From assembly GCA_002633005.1 (NCBI GenBank), contig NMRA01000210.1, positions 434,001-498,000 on the forward strand: DNA of 64,000 nucleotides, given 5' to 3'. Shown here piece after piece: positions 37,143 through 50,782 of the stretch (the first letter of the stretch is position 1; every line of letters starts with the position of its first letter). This DNA comes from Phoronis australis (Eukaryota > Animalia > Phoronida). The notes beneath the pieces are model-generated. The model saw nothing but the letters and a program-made list of their open reading frames with translations. It was not told the origin of the DNA and did no database searches. The position numbers and the translations under genes are program-made.

Positions 37143-39774
37143 ACTGTTAACTGCCTCTTGTAAGATCAGGCTCTAATGAGATGCTGAGGGCTGAAGCCGG
37201 GAGTACCAAGCCAGCCAAAGTTTTAAACCTGGCGCGCCAATTTTTAAATGTGACGCACTTTCCCCAAACTCGACGGGGCAAAACCCAAACTCGTTACCGC
37301 GTCGAGTCAAAACAGATCGTGGAGAGCACTGACAATATTTACAAATAATTCACGTATTTCTCGCTTAATTGCCTAAATTGTCACTTTTCTATTTTTCAAA
37401 GGCTGATTACCTTTTTGCAAAGAATTGAAACTTCATTTAATGTTATCTTATGACATCTACGCAATCAAACCATAGACTTGAATGTAGTTAATATTTATTT
37501 TTCTGGAGAAAAATGACAAAATTGAATTTCACTTGTCGGTCATATTACATGTTAAATAAGTGAGAAATTACCGTTTAATACTGATGTGCAGCAGTTGCAG
37601 GATTTTGATGAGTGGGGGGAGTCTGATGAGGCAGAAAAACAATGGATGCTTGGGATTTCGATGTAAAAGTGACCAAAAATGAGTTGGGACTTCCTGGACC
37701 TCCTCTGGCACCAATGCTGGAAGAAATAAATTCACTGCTGCTTCATGTAGTGAGCATGGTTTGTACCCAATAGAGAAGGGATTGTTTAATAAATAATTCT
37801 ACAATTAAATTTCTAATTAGTTTTTTAAGTACATTTTTGTCAGTCGGGGACGTCAAAGAAACAAAAAAAATCTCTTCAAGAGAAGGGCATTTCTCTTGTA
37901 CTGGAGCATCATTTGAAGAACTGATTATTTGCCTGACACCTTGAAAGGTTTAGATTCATAGGTGCTATAATATCATTGAATATTGGAACAGTCTTACGTT
38001 CACCTTTGTTATCATTTCAGATCATAGATCTCTTCCATGTGGCTAAATTAGCCTTGCTGTTATGAACACTAATGAAGTACAAGTGTTCAAGGGAAATGCT
38101 TTCAGCAACTATTCGATCATGTCAGTGAATGTCACTGTCAGGGTTGACCGATGTCATTAATGGCAGGCGGAGGAGTGGTAGGGTCACTGATTTTCTACAT
38201 GGCGACACTTTTTGGCAGTCACCGATATCATGGGGACCGACCATCTTCAAATTGCTAATTAAGACTTTAAAACAGTATTTTGTATCTTGTCTTAAGAAAG
38301 CAGATATTACGGTAACTTCAAATTTTTGTAATGTTGAACTAGAGTGACTTGTCTAAATTCATCTGTGTGTTCTGGCATGGCGATCTTTGGCTGCAAATGC
38401 TGAAATGCCTGACAGGGTGCTTGTTTTCATGACTGGTGTCTGCAGAGGTGTGCGACTGATACAGTTCAATTACTAAGTAGGTGGATTTCAAGTGATGCTG
38501 CACCTGTCAGTAGGCAGCACATTTGTCAGTTCACTGTCATGTTGTGTTGATGTAGAACCAGCATGCTGTATATATCATACCTGTCACTGCTGTCCTTGAC
38601 ATTGTTAAGTATTCTGTTACCTGAGCCTTGTACCACTGATGACAGTTCATGGCAACAATGTATCTGGTTAACATTTCAACTGGCTGGCTAGGAATTTCCT
38701 GGACTGTATTGGAGCTATAAATAGTTGTGTTGGCCTGTCAAGATTTTATGTAAACATATGCACACATTTTCTTCCCAAGATCTACAAGTGTCTGGTGTGT
38801 AGTGTGGTGTGTGTGTGTGGGGGGGGGGGTGTGCAGTTCTACTGTATTTGACTAGACTTCCTATCTCAAACTCTACACTATTATTTCCAGTCAATACTCT
38901 ACTGCCCGATTGTATGGTGTAGTGGCTTGCATTGCTTGTGTGTCACATACATAGTCTGTGGCTCGTATTAGGTTTACATGAGTGTTGGAAAACGTTAATA
39001 GTTTCACTGGCGAAAACTGAGGAACTGTCCGCGACAAGTCTTCTTATAGAAAATTCATGTCAAAACCTGCATAAATTGATTAATGCAAGGATAAACAAAG
39101 GTCTCTTTCGGATGCTGCACATGTGTCCTTTGAAGTACTAAGTAGTCTGGCTTCCAAAGTGTTTGTGAAAACGCCAGTAGATTTGGGGTAACTTTAAGGA
39201 CATGCAAAAGCCAAAAGTGTCACTTTTAACTGCGAAGAATCTAGCATTTCATTCAGTTTGTGAATGGGTTCAGTACCTTGTTTGCATGCTGCGGTGTGTA
39301 ATAATAACATAGCACCGTGGCACATTAAACTTAAAAATAAAACAAGCACAATTCCTACTCTTTGCGATCGTCCTGAAAAATGTTGAAAATGTGTAAGTAT
39401 CCGTGCTTGGAAAACTTGTGGAAAGTGAACAAGGGCAAGAAATGGGGGGGGGTAAAGTTTTAGAGAAAAGTAAAGAATCACTCCTCTGAGTCGTGCCTTG
39501 GTTTCTTCAATCAGGTGTGTACTCACTGCTAAGCAATCGTCATTTGCAAAAAATGACTCCTGGAAAATGAGAATCACACCCGGTAATATTTATGAAGAAC
39601 TCGTGGAAAATGGAAATACAAGATGCCTTGGAATCGAGAATACGTGCCATATGATATCTAAACTTAGCTTACCCATCCTGAACCTTGTGTCGAGAGGATA
39701 AACCACTGTTCTACTGGTTGAATCTGTATTTTGAACTGCATTAATTCATATCCTGTGGTTCATTGTGCCGTTCT

Positions 39775-40537
39775 ATCCTTCTAATACTGTATAGCCATTT
39801 TTATTCTTCTATTATCGTGAAGCCATTTTTATCCTAATATCGTATAGCCATTTTTATCCTTCTAATACTCGTATAGCCATTTTATCTTTCTAATACCGTA
39901 TAGCCATTTTTATCCTTCTAATACCATATAGCCATTTTATCTTTCTAATACCGTATAGCCATTTTTATCCTTCTAATACCATATAGCCATTTTATCTTTC
40001 TAATACCTTATAGCCATTTTATCTTTCTAATACCGTATAGCCATTTTTATCCTTCTAATACCATATAGCCATTTTATCTTTCTAATACCTTATAGCCATT
40101 TTATCTTTCTAATACCGTGTAGCCATTTTTATCCTAATACCGTATAGCCATTTTATCTTTCTAATACCGTATAGCCATTTTTATCCTTCTATTACGGTAT
40201 AGCCATATTTATTCTTCTATTATCGTAAAGCCATTTTTATCCTAATATCGTATAGCCATTTTTATCCTTCTTATACCATATAGCCATTTTATCTTTCTAA
40301 TACCTTATAGCCATTTTATCTTTCTAATACCGTGTAGCCATTTTTATCCTAATATCGTATAGCCATTTTTATCCTTCTAATACCGTATAGCCTTTTTATC
40401 TTTCTAATACCCTATAGCCATTTTTATCATTCTAATACCATATAGCCATTTTTATCATTCTAATACCATATAGCCATTTTTATCATTCTAATACGGTATA
40501 GCCACTTTTATCCTTCTATTACGGTATAGCCATTTTT
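39775..40537. repeat. minisatellite, 25-28-bp unit ATAGCCATTTT(T)ATC(C/T)TTCTAATACC(G/A)T, roughly 28 copies
   Basis: Direct tandem array visible in the sequence. Confidence 0.97.
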
Positions 40538-42039
40538 CGATACAGGAGTGGCATGATAAAATGTGTGTTGTCGCTAAGTGGCAATGAAGTCTGCATTCTT
40601 TTGCGAACAATGCAGTGGCATATTTCCTAGTGTTCTTTCGCAGTTGTAAGTTACCACCATCATGGCGTCAAACATTGACACTGTAGTACCATAGGATAAT
40701 CAAATGATTCACTCAAAAATTTCCTGTGTCTTGAAATATCCGTGATCGAATGAAATGTTGCTTCGTCACTGTCAGCTCACCTGTCTTGTACACCAGAATA
40801 AGAAATTGGGTCGAATGAAAATGTTTGTGCTCCCACAATGCTAAAGAGTTGTATGTACAATGTTTCCTATTGCTACAGGAGTGAATCTGAGTCATCATAC
40901 TAATCACAAACTCTTGTTTGTTGTTATAGAAACGCGTTAATTAAAGTCTTATAGAATGAAATTTCATTTGTCCACCATATTGTGTCCTACATTCGTGAGA
41001 TTTAGTGTTTGTTTTGTAAAACGTCATTTGTCATACATTCAGTGAGATTCAGTGTTTGTTTTGTAAAACGTCATTTGTCATGTCAAAGTTGTGTTGGATC
41101 TGCTGTCTGTTGTCTCTCAGTGAGTCGCCATACAGAGATGTCTATTAGACCTACAGAAATATGCCCAGTATTGGCAGTGGGGTAGCAGTTTTGCAGTGTG
41201 TTATTACTTGCCTTACAGCTAAGAAGGGTATGTTTTTGATGAGCCTGTGAAGCACCAAAACTGGTATTTAATCTGGTAACTGAACACTCTTGGCCTTTTA
41301 ACTGAAGACTTTGTCTATTAACACCCATGTTCAACAACTCACACATGTTCTTTCCACAACAGAAACTACTGAAATTCACATTTAATTGTCTTGTTTCAAA
41401 GTGCATGTCCATACTATGGAAGGTTTATATTCATTCCAGAATCAGTGCATTGTACAAATCCAGAAGTCCAAAATGTCCTTATTTTCATTGACTGTTTCTT
41501 AAAAATTTGTAGCTTTGCATTGGTTTTCAAACTTTACACAGCAAAGAAGCTGAACTTGTCTAGGCAAAATTCAAACTAAGTTACTGCTACGAGTTATTTT
41601 CAGTGTCACTGTACTGTTGTAGTCAACGTACGGTAACTCCTACATCCTTAGTATTTTTTTTAAATTTCTTTATTTAGTCATGATGTGTCATAATGGCTCA
41701 CGGATATTGTGCAAATCAAATGCAGAAACTAAACACGAGTATGGTCTTACATGGAACTAGTGGGCAGAAAATATAGTGATACTGCTGACTGGTGTTTTCT
41801 TGGTCGAGAGAGACAGCAGGCATTCCATCAAGACATTTCAATCTAATTTATCACATGGAAAAAATTGATCAAGGATTGTAGCGTACAAAGCAGAAAGTGA
41901 GTATTTCTGTCTTGGCTAATTCACCCATCTGCACCACACATATGCTAATTTTATAAAACCACACAAATCGGTAACTTTGAACCCTGAACGTAAAATAGCT
42001 AGTTAACAATCTGATTTTACTGGAACGAATACGCTATAC

Positions 42040-43264
42040 CAGTGTTTCCCCCGGGTTTTGCAAGGAAAGTGGTGGTGAATGGGCAAAACGGGGTGCAAAG
42101 CCCGTTGCCGCACGTGAATATGAGAAATGGGATCCCCCTATTAGCTGGGTTTTGAAAGGAGTGTGGTGGTGAATGCTCGACGCGGATGTGGAACCCGGCA
42201 CCACATGCGAGCATGGGATGAAGTGAGATCCTGCCATGGGGGGAGGGGACCTTCCCCAGGCAAAATTTGAAAATAAGATGTAATTGGGTGTAGTTTGCTC
42301 ATCATAGACAACATAAACAAGACCTTAACCCAAGAATCATGTAGTGGAGGTATCTGGGTAAAGAACACTTCGCAAGATAATTTGGCAATGAAGTGTCCGG
42401 CGTGATCTTTGTCGCACTTGAGTACAAAAATCAGTGTTAAAATTCAGGTGTCCACTAAATGACAAACATAGAACAAAAAATATTTGAACTTAGTATACGT
42501 AATAAACTAATTCGTGTAACGAAACTTCCGTTGATATCGTCTTGCTAAACATAAATGGATGATAGTGGATTGGCATTGGCCGGCATAGCAGACGATGTAA
42601 TAATCCAGTCCATGCAGACGAATCTGAGACTGGTTAATATTCAATATCGTCATTTTGGCGCAGGGTTAGGTTGATTAAACAGTTGAATGTCACGCCCTGC
42701 AGTATAATTCACAATGTCTTTTGTAAACTCGGACACGATAAAATGAATGAAGCAGAAATCTTACTGTTTCTTACTTCATTAGCGAGCCCAGACACTTTCC
42801 CATTTTAGAAAGTTCATATCGAAGTCGTTGCCTGTTCCCCAGCTGTATTAAGTATATATGCATTGTCGGATAACCAGGCAGAAACGAGGTACAAAAGGAG
42901 ATTGGGGATTGAATAACTGTGTTTGATGGGGGCACAATTCAAGGTCCCATTGTAAAATTATTATTTTTCCCTTTCGATCCACAAACAGCGAAAGGTGCCG
43001 TGTGACATTATTACTAGCGATCATGTTTACTAGCGATCATTTTTACTAGCGATTCATTTTACTAGCGATCATTTTTACTAGCGATTCATTTTACTAGCGA
43101 TCATTTTTACTAGCGATCATTTTTACTAGCGATTTTTGCGTTGCGGTAAAGTTTCTCCATCGTGATTAGGTGTGTGGTGGTCAATTTGAGTATGATTTAC
43201 GAGTGGCGGGGCCAAAAAGGAGTTTGGCGGGCAGTCCAGAAGTTTACACGCAGGGGAAACCCTG
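42040..43264. mobile_element. 1.2-kb non-autonomous DNA transposon with CAG..CTG ends and 5-bp TSD (hAT5-like)
   Basis: tatac|cagtgtttcccc ... ggggaaaccctg|tatac; contains a 16-17-bp tandem array TACTAGCGATCATTTT at 43012-43133. Confidence 0.75.
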
Positions 43265-43292
43265 TATACGATATTTCTCAGTAACATTAAAA

Positions 43293-44246
43293 GATGCTTT
43301 CCCATTAGAGCCGAAACTTCACTTTTACCAAAGTTTCGGTTAGTGGGTAAGGTTAACTCTAGTAGTTAATCTGCAATCGAAACTTCGCTGAAAATAGTAA
43401 GATTAAAAAGCGAAGCTTTGGTACTCACCGAAACTTCGGTGTAGTAGGAACATCAGAGTGAAGCTTCGTTGAACTTATCAGTAGAGGTTGCAGCAACGAT
43501 ATATCATCACGCGAGACTTGCAGAAGGTGTACTTTGTTATTGTAGCGTAGCTGACATGCTCTCAACTGACGCACATAAATAAATAAAAACATAAATAAAT
43601 AAAAGAAGGCATATCTGATGAAGAATGACACTGATCATTTTCATAAACACTTGTAAATGGCAGAATAATTTTCAGTTATCTCAGAACTCACTAGTCATAA
43701 TTCGTTTAAGTGTACGAGTGAACTGTGTTGTCTGGTGTCTAGTCAGAAAAGGAAGCAAAAGTGGTGTTTACACTATAAAAGTTGACACGGATCAGCTGAC
43801 ACGGATCAGCTGACACGGAACGAGGTGTTCCAGTGTGTAAACGAGACTGACACGGAGCAAATTGAAACCGCTGTGACAACTTTTGCCACCCGTTTGTGAG
43901 GTAGAGCAGTTTGCGTTAGAACATCTTGCGCCGTGTCAATTATGTGTCTAAACGTGTAACTGAGGCAAGGCGGAAAAGATCGTCTCTACTGCGCTTGTGC
44001 AATGACCTCAATACAGGTTCTTTGTCTCTTCAACTCCCGTGATTTGTAAAACTGCGCATGTGTGATACACTCTTAAGCATACAATTTCCGTCTTGCCACA
44101 GTTAGTGAGTTGTGTGTGTAAACAGACGCTTGACACCAATCAATTTGCTCCGTGTCAGTTGCGCCGGGCCAAAAGTTGATGTTTAAACGGGACTAAAGTT
44201 TTGGGGAAGCTTCGGTAAACCTAAGTTTCCGTAATGGGAAAGCACC
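43293..44246. mobile_element. Harbinger-like MITE with a nested second MITE (~43760-44194)
   Basis: Outer TIR gatgctttcccatta / taatgggaaagcacc with GAAACTTC repeats. Inner element agtggtgtttacac / gtttaaacgggact with CTGACACGGA repeats and ctgacacggagcaaattg/caatttgctccgtgtcag pairing. Confidence 0.65.
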
Positions 44247-44451
44247 AACAGAAGCAAATGTGACACTACAATTGCTAGCATTAATTCTCACCAATTTGGA
44301 GCAGGACACAGTTATGAATTCAGAATCCATTTATTGATTCAGTCGATTGCAGGTCTTTAAGCTGAAGCTCATTTATACCCTGATAATATTGAAGTTGAGA
44401 ATCGATAAATTCTGATTGGCTTAAAGTCCTAGTGGCACACGTTTTTCACCC

Positions 44452-45755
44452 TTATTATGTGCCCACATGTTTATATGTGGTCGCATATTGCCGTCATCTC
44501 TGTCTGGGTGTCCGGCGTCCGCGGCTGTATCTCCTAAACCCCTTGCAGGATTGTATTGAAATTTGGAAGGTGTGTTCCTATGCGACTAGTTTTGGACTGA
44601 GCTGAATACTGCTGTGTCCCCTAGTGGCAATTTTAGTGTTTTACGTTTGCCTCTGTATCTTCAAAGGTCTTCAGCCGATTTTCATGAAATTTGGTACTTA
44701 GGCATCTATTAATGAGTTGACGCTATCCTCCCGTTTTCGGATTGCTTCGATAGATTTTGTGCCATCTAGTGGCCATTTTTACTATTTTCAAGTCGTTTTT
44801 TTGGCATCCGCCCTTCTAACAACCAAACCACTAAGAATGCTTGTGAAAATTGGCATGTATGGTCGTACTATGAAGAAGACAGTTGACAATGATTTCTGAT
44901 GACTTCGACTACTGTGGCGCCACCTAGTGGCAGTTTTGTTTGTTTTTGTGCCCATTGCTGTATCTTCTAAATGCTCAACAGGATCTTTATTAAATTTAGC
45001 AAATGTAGTTATATAAAATTGACAACAGATGATGATGACTTTCGAACAGATCGGTCTACCAGTGTGCCACCTAGTGGCAATTTTAGGTTTTTACGTTTAT
45101 CGCTGTATCTTCAAAGATACTCAGCGTTTCACAAAATTTGGCACATAGACATCCATTAGTGAGGTGACGCTAGCCATTCACCTTCGGATTGATTCTAGGT
45201 TTTTTTTTGCGCTACCTAGTGGCCATTTTTGTTGTTTTTAAGTCTGTTTTGTGGCGTTCGTCCCTCTGTCAACCAAACCACTCTAAGGGTGATTGTGAAA
45301 GTTGGCATGTATGTACTTTCTATGAAGGGGACGGTTGCCGATGATTTCTAATGACTGTGGTGCCTCCTAGTGGCGGTTTTGTTTTTTTTTTGCACCCATA
45401 CCTGTATCTCCTAAGGCCTCTGCAGGATCTTTATTAAATTTAGCACGTGAATTTATATGAAGTTAATAAGAGAAGATGACGACTTTTTGACGGATCCGAT
45501 GAACACTGTGCCCCCTAGTGGCAATTTCATTTCTTTTGTTTACCTCTGTCTCTCTGAAGTTCCTCGGCAAATTTTAATTAAAGTTGGTAAATGGCTTTCT
45601 TTTAAAGAAACCATGACATTTTTTGGTTTTCAGACAGATTCGACATATTTTGCACCATCTAGTGGCCATTTTAATGGTACAAATAAACAACCCTAAAAGC
45701 ACACCATTTGCGATGCATTCGTGGGCACATTTCAACCCTCTGCGTTGCTCTTGTT
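44452..45755 (+). mobile_element. Helentron-associated element (HINE/DINE-1-like) with internal ~150-bp tandem units
   Basis: T-rich start; subTIR atgtgcccac (44457-44466) / gtgggcacat (45721-45730); degenerate TCTG/TCCG microsatellite; 3' hairpin caac-cctctgc-gttg; ctcttgtt end. Confidence 0.8.
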
Positions 45756-48700
45756 AAACAGTTAGAAGAAGTTTTATGGAACCAAGCAGTACCTATCCCA
45801 TAACCAATACACATTTCGTAGTTGAAGAAAGTTCAAATAAATGCGCCACTCATGATTCCGACACGAAGAACATACCGCCATTTTGAACTCACCGCAGAAC
45901 CGGAAGTACAGTTCATTCAGGAACCCAGGCTTAAGAACACAGGCTGTGCGACTAGAACAGTGTTTGTTACCATCCTGCAAACAAGGATATAATAATCGAC
46001 AAAGTTTGGCAAAATAAATTTCAACAAAAATTATTTTGCCGGACTCGAACCTGCAGCCGATGACCCAGTGCGCCGATCGATACCAGTGCACTGGCGAAGG
46101 CGAAGGCATGCCGTCCCTGGCTATTTTATCGAAATATATGGTTCAAATCATAAATGCCGTGTGCATACAAATATAGTTTTAGACACTTACATGAAATTAC
46201 AGATTAGTCACAGCCCTGCGCCAACCATTGGATAACAAGGCCGACATGATGGTGGTCTAGGCTAAGCATGTTTTACTTGGTGTAATTAAAGGCAGAGGCA
46301 ACCCTTTTTCATGTCTATTTTAGCAAAAATAAGGTTCGTTGGTTATCCCAGACATATTTTCCAAACTTGAATCGCATCTGTATACAGCATTGGTTCAGAT
46401 TTAGTTTTAGAGTTATATGCTTAAATGTCCAGGTGTAGAACGCTAAGTTACACTTACACATACATACTGGCACAATGCACAGGTAAACTCTGTCACAGTG
46501 ATTTATGTTGTAAGTTGGGTTTATTGTGGTTAGAACATACCCTAGTATTATGTGACTCCTGTGATCAGTTGTCACTGGGTTTAGTAGTAGTGTGGATGCT
46601 GTTTGTACTGGAGCCACTCTATTCCTGTGTGACTAATTACCCCACCTTATCAAGGTAGGGTGTGTTGCTCGAGGGTTTCTTGCCCTAGTGCAAGTCAAGT
46701 GTGGATCAAACCTACAGACAGGAAGTAGTTACTTACTGCGTACAGATGTGTCTAATCATTTTTTGCGCCTTATTTGTCGCGTGGTAGGTGGTATGTGGTA
46801 TGGACGATCGACGGAATACGGGAAGGGCAAGTTTCTCCAGGGTAAGTTGTACTGGGGTAAGTCCTCGTGTGGACACCCCTTAGGTGGAGTTAGTTCTGCG
46901 AGCTGCGGCTGAAACTGTGTGTCTAACAGTGAGCTCATATTTGAAACATAGTGAAATGCTGAGGTGTAAGGTCTAGACTCTGAATTGGTTCTGAGTTTTT
47001 GGTCGCATTGCCGAGTCTCGGGTGAATCTAGCGTTGCATTGGAGTTGTGAATATAATAAAAACAGATGAGGTTGTTTACATGGTCAGGATTGAGCACCTC
47101 TCACAGTCTTGCAGCCCATCCTCCTAAAATGTTGGGTGCAGCAGTCTGGAGTCGGTAGTATGCGATGTATACCTCGTTCACAAGCTGGCTAAAATGCTAG
47201 CATTTTTGCTTCTAGCAAAAACATCAGTCGTGAACAGTTACAAATGTTACTTTCGTTGTCAGTTTGCTCGCTGTCGGTAGCTACCCCTAAACTGTGGGTG
47301 TTTTTGCTAGCCCTTTTTAGCCAGGGCGCATACTTCAAAGGACACACGTGCTTAGGGATAAGAAGTCTTTGTTTACTGTCGCTTCACATCAATTGAGTGA
47401 ATGTGTTTTGAGATCAGTTTTCGCTTAACACTGTTTCGATTTGGGTGGTGAGGAAACTAACTGCTGGCGAAAATGACCCCTTCGCGGACAGCTCCATTAG
47501 TAATGTAGTCCTGATAGAATGGTTGTTTTGTGCTGTGTGTCCGCGGGAACTCGGGATATTCTAAGTCTCTGTTGCTTGGTTGGCATAGAGGACATATAAC
47601 ATGGAAGAATCTAAACAGTTCTGTAATTAATGTTGCGTCTAAGTTGTGTTAGTGTAGTTGCTCAAATGTAGTATTGATTTCTCTTCATTTCATGCTTCGT
47701 TGTTCGTGCTAGATTGGCATGCGGTATTCTGTTGGGTTTTTTAGTGTTGTTCAAGACAGCACAAAAATGTGTGTTCCGCCATCAGAATATCTTTCAGCAT
47801 CTTTTGTGTATCCTTGGCATAATTAGATTTAGTATGTCATTACTGATGTGGTCTCGGTTAGGCGCACACTTCCTTTTCTCTATTTTGATACATTTATTGG
47901 CTTGGGAAGCTCCCTCCCTCTTCATATCCACTCATACTTCGACTAGAACAGCTACTGCCAACAACACCATGCATCGCATAACTCTTGACTGTTTGGATCT
48001 TATAGTTTTAGGGCAATAGAGCGACTCAGCTCGTTATATTCTCACAAATTTGACCTGATTTGCAAAAGAGATTGATGGGATGTATGTCTTGCTAGCCACC
48101 TGTTGGCTAGAAATGCTGATGTGCATTCTGTTTTGGTTCGTTGGTTTCATTCTACATGGAATGCTGGCGTCCTGAAATCGGTTGCAGTTATCCCCTACAT
48201 CTCTAAACATACTGTCAGCTTGCATCCTTCTAGTAATCACGTTTTTGTTGATTCAGCAAGGAAGTGTTAATGTCCTTATTTATACAAGTTTCATGAATTG
48301 ACAACAGATCTTGGGTATTTCTGTCCTATCACACCTTACAATTGTGTACTAATACAACCCAGTTGATCTCTGTGGTGGTGCCAATGAACCTCTCCTGGTC
48401 ACAGGAACAACTTTATACTAACCTTCTTGACAAATAAAGACTTGTTTTTTTATATTTTAGTTAAATCAAATGGAAATACTTATGATTATTTCTCTGAACC
48501 ATATCTATTACATGCGACACATTTCACAAGATCTTTTCTGTCTTGCACCGAAATTGGGCTAACTAATAAGACAAAAATGTCTAAGCCCCGCTTCGTGAAA
48601 TTTATTAACAGACGAAAATTAAGACTGAAGTCAATCCAAGCTAAGACCGAAAGGTGGCCCGCTGCGGAGTGAGCTTAAGATTGCACTTTTGATCTAAGTG

Positions 48701-49019
48701 GCCAAAATTTACATCTTAATCATGATTTTAAACTAATGATGAACAGATTTTGTTGATTTTTTCTCTGTCTAATGTCTCTAAATAATGTCAAATGGAAGAT
48801 CCGAGAACCTGCAAAGCAGCATAGACTCGTACAAACAAAGCTGTTCGACTTACTTGGACATGTGAAATGATATTTTCCAATCATACTGGGGTCATCGCAC
48901 TTCAATGAGATAGGATTTTGCCCGTCAGACATTCGCACCCCCGAACTGCCAAATGTAATCTTGGAGAATTTTAGGGGGGCCACGGCCCTCTTGGCCTCCC
49001 TCTAAATCTGCCACTGATA

Positions 49020-49603
49020 AGTGCCAGTATGTATTTATTGCTAAATACTTTGCTACCAGTTTCATGGATAGTTCCCGAAGACTAATCTTCGACGACAGGT
49101 ACTTCTGAGTAACACGCGCTTCCTGGCCACGTGCTTTTAACAAAGGTCAGTTTTTATTAGTCTTCGATTCACGGTTTTCACGTATACAAAGAAATTTCGA
49201 TTCCTGTTAAGTTAGAAGATCTGTACGAGAAAGATACAATACAATTCCGTTGACAAGTACGCTACATTTGTTCTGAAAGGCCAGACCATAATAGGACACG
49301 TCCCTCGCAAGATCAGCATTCTTTTTGAAGCACGGTGTAAGTTTGAAGTGTATATGGTAGTCATGGCTAAATACCGACATAGCGGCGAGGCTCGTGGTCT
49401 ACAAATTCTGCGCACAGTGATTTTTTCAGGACTGTCAGATCTTATTAATAAATTGAAGACGTTACTGTAGAATTTTAGGATTGTAGGTAAGGCATTTTTC
49501 GCATGTACACAGCGTTCATGGACTGGGCGCTTATTTTAGCAAAGTCTGAAAACGCATGGAGGAGCGCTTATAGGGGCATGGGCACTTATTAGGGCGAATA
49601 CGG
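49020..49603 (-). mobile_element. CCGTATTCGCC-family element, 5' part, inverted
   Basis: Reverse complement of 60602-61190; the spurious ORF RRICRPRASPLCRYLA appears in both copies. Confidence 0.85.
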
Positions 49604-50782
49604 TGGATTCCCACTTAGTGAAGACCAAAAACAGACTTTTTCATGAAGTGATCTTTTCTGAGTTATTGTCTTCAGTTTTAACTCGGACAATTTTCCGATC
49701 TCAAATCGAAAATAAAACTATGCACTGATCTGTCACACTGCTCGGTTTCACTATGGGTTCCACAGACCAAGAACTACGAGTGGAGCTGAGCTGTCTGCCA
49801 CAAGTGAACAATAACTGAGCTGAGCTAAGAGGTCAGGTCACAGTGCATGAACTAGCAGGTAGTTGGTTCAGTTTTAAGTCATATTTTCACACTTTGATTT
49901 ATTAATTTGAGCTGTCCGCTGGACTGTTGTTCACTTGAGATGGACAACTGGGATTGCAGTTGACTGTGTCTGCGATTGCCCTGAGGCCTGGAGCTCATTT
50001 TTAAAGCTCAATGCAGCTTGGCAAAGTACGTAGTTAGTTTAAAAAATGACATCCAGGTCTTTACGATTTCGGAGCACTTAGAGCAAATTAAAAACTTATT
50101 AGTCAATTTTAGAAACTGCATAGTCCAGTTTCAATGCTCGTTCATTTAAGCGCCCAGGGCTAAACCAAATGTGTACTTATTAGAATGAGGTGGAACAAGT
50201 TGTTATGTACTTCAGGATGGACCTACTGTCCAGTGTGAGCCACATTTACGGTATGACACATGGTGGTTCTGGTCTGGTGAAGGTCTACTTGAAGTTATTG
50301 TGTGCCCTATGAGAAAGGGAGGTCATGACAAGTAAGTTGACCATTGACAGTTGCCCTACCCATGTGCATGCACTGTTGACTGTAATGTTCCTGAAGTTTT
50401 CCATGGGTTGTGTCAAAGGGTAAATAATCATGTACGGATGAGAGTACCTTCTGCTAGTTCAGCATTGTGTTGTTTGCTGGCTCTGATGTTATGCTGATGT
50501 TAAGATACTTGAATGAAGGGGCTGTCTGTTGACCACAAGTCAGCTTCTGTTAAGTCTTAATAGGGGTTCAGTGTTTTCCAGGTAAATCATTTTCCACAAT
50601 TGCCATAGTAACTTCAACTTTGATGGTTCATGTGGTGCAAGGAGACACTTGTTTGAACCAAACCTCGCAAACCGTCGTGCTGTCAAATGCATTGGTATCT
50701 GTTTCCTGTACGGCAACTGAAATCTTGGATTTAGAATGTGCATTCAGGGGGCAAAAAAGTCCGCTCTGCATGTTAAGTTTAT

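Noticed and set aside
39775-40537. CRISPR-like array
   Set aside because: Head-to-tail units with no unique spacers, no cas genes, and a eukaryotic intron context.
46030-46100. tRNA gene (B-box GGTTCGAGTCC on the minus strand)
   Set aside because: No cloverleaf or acceptor stem could be built; at most a SINE or TE remnant.
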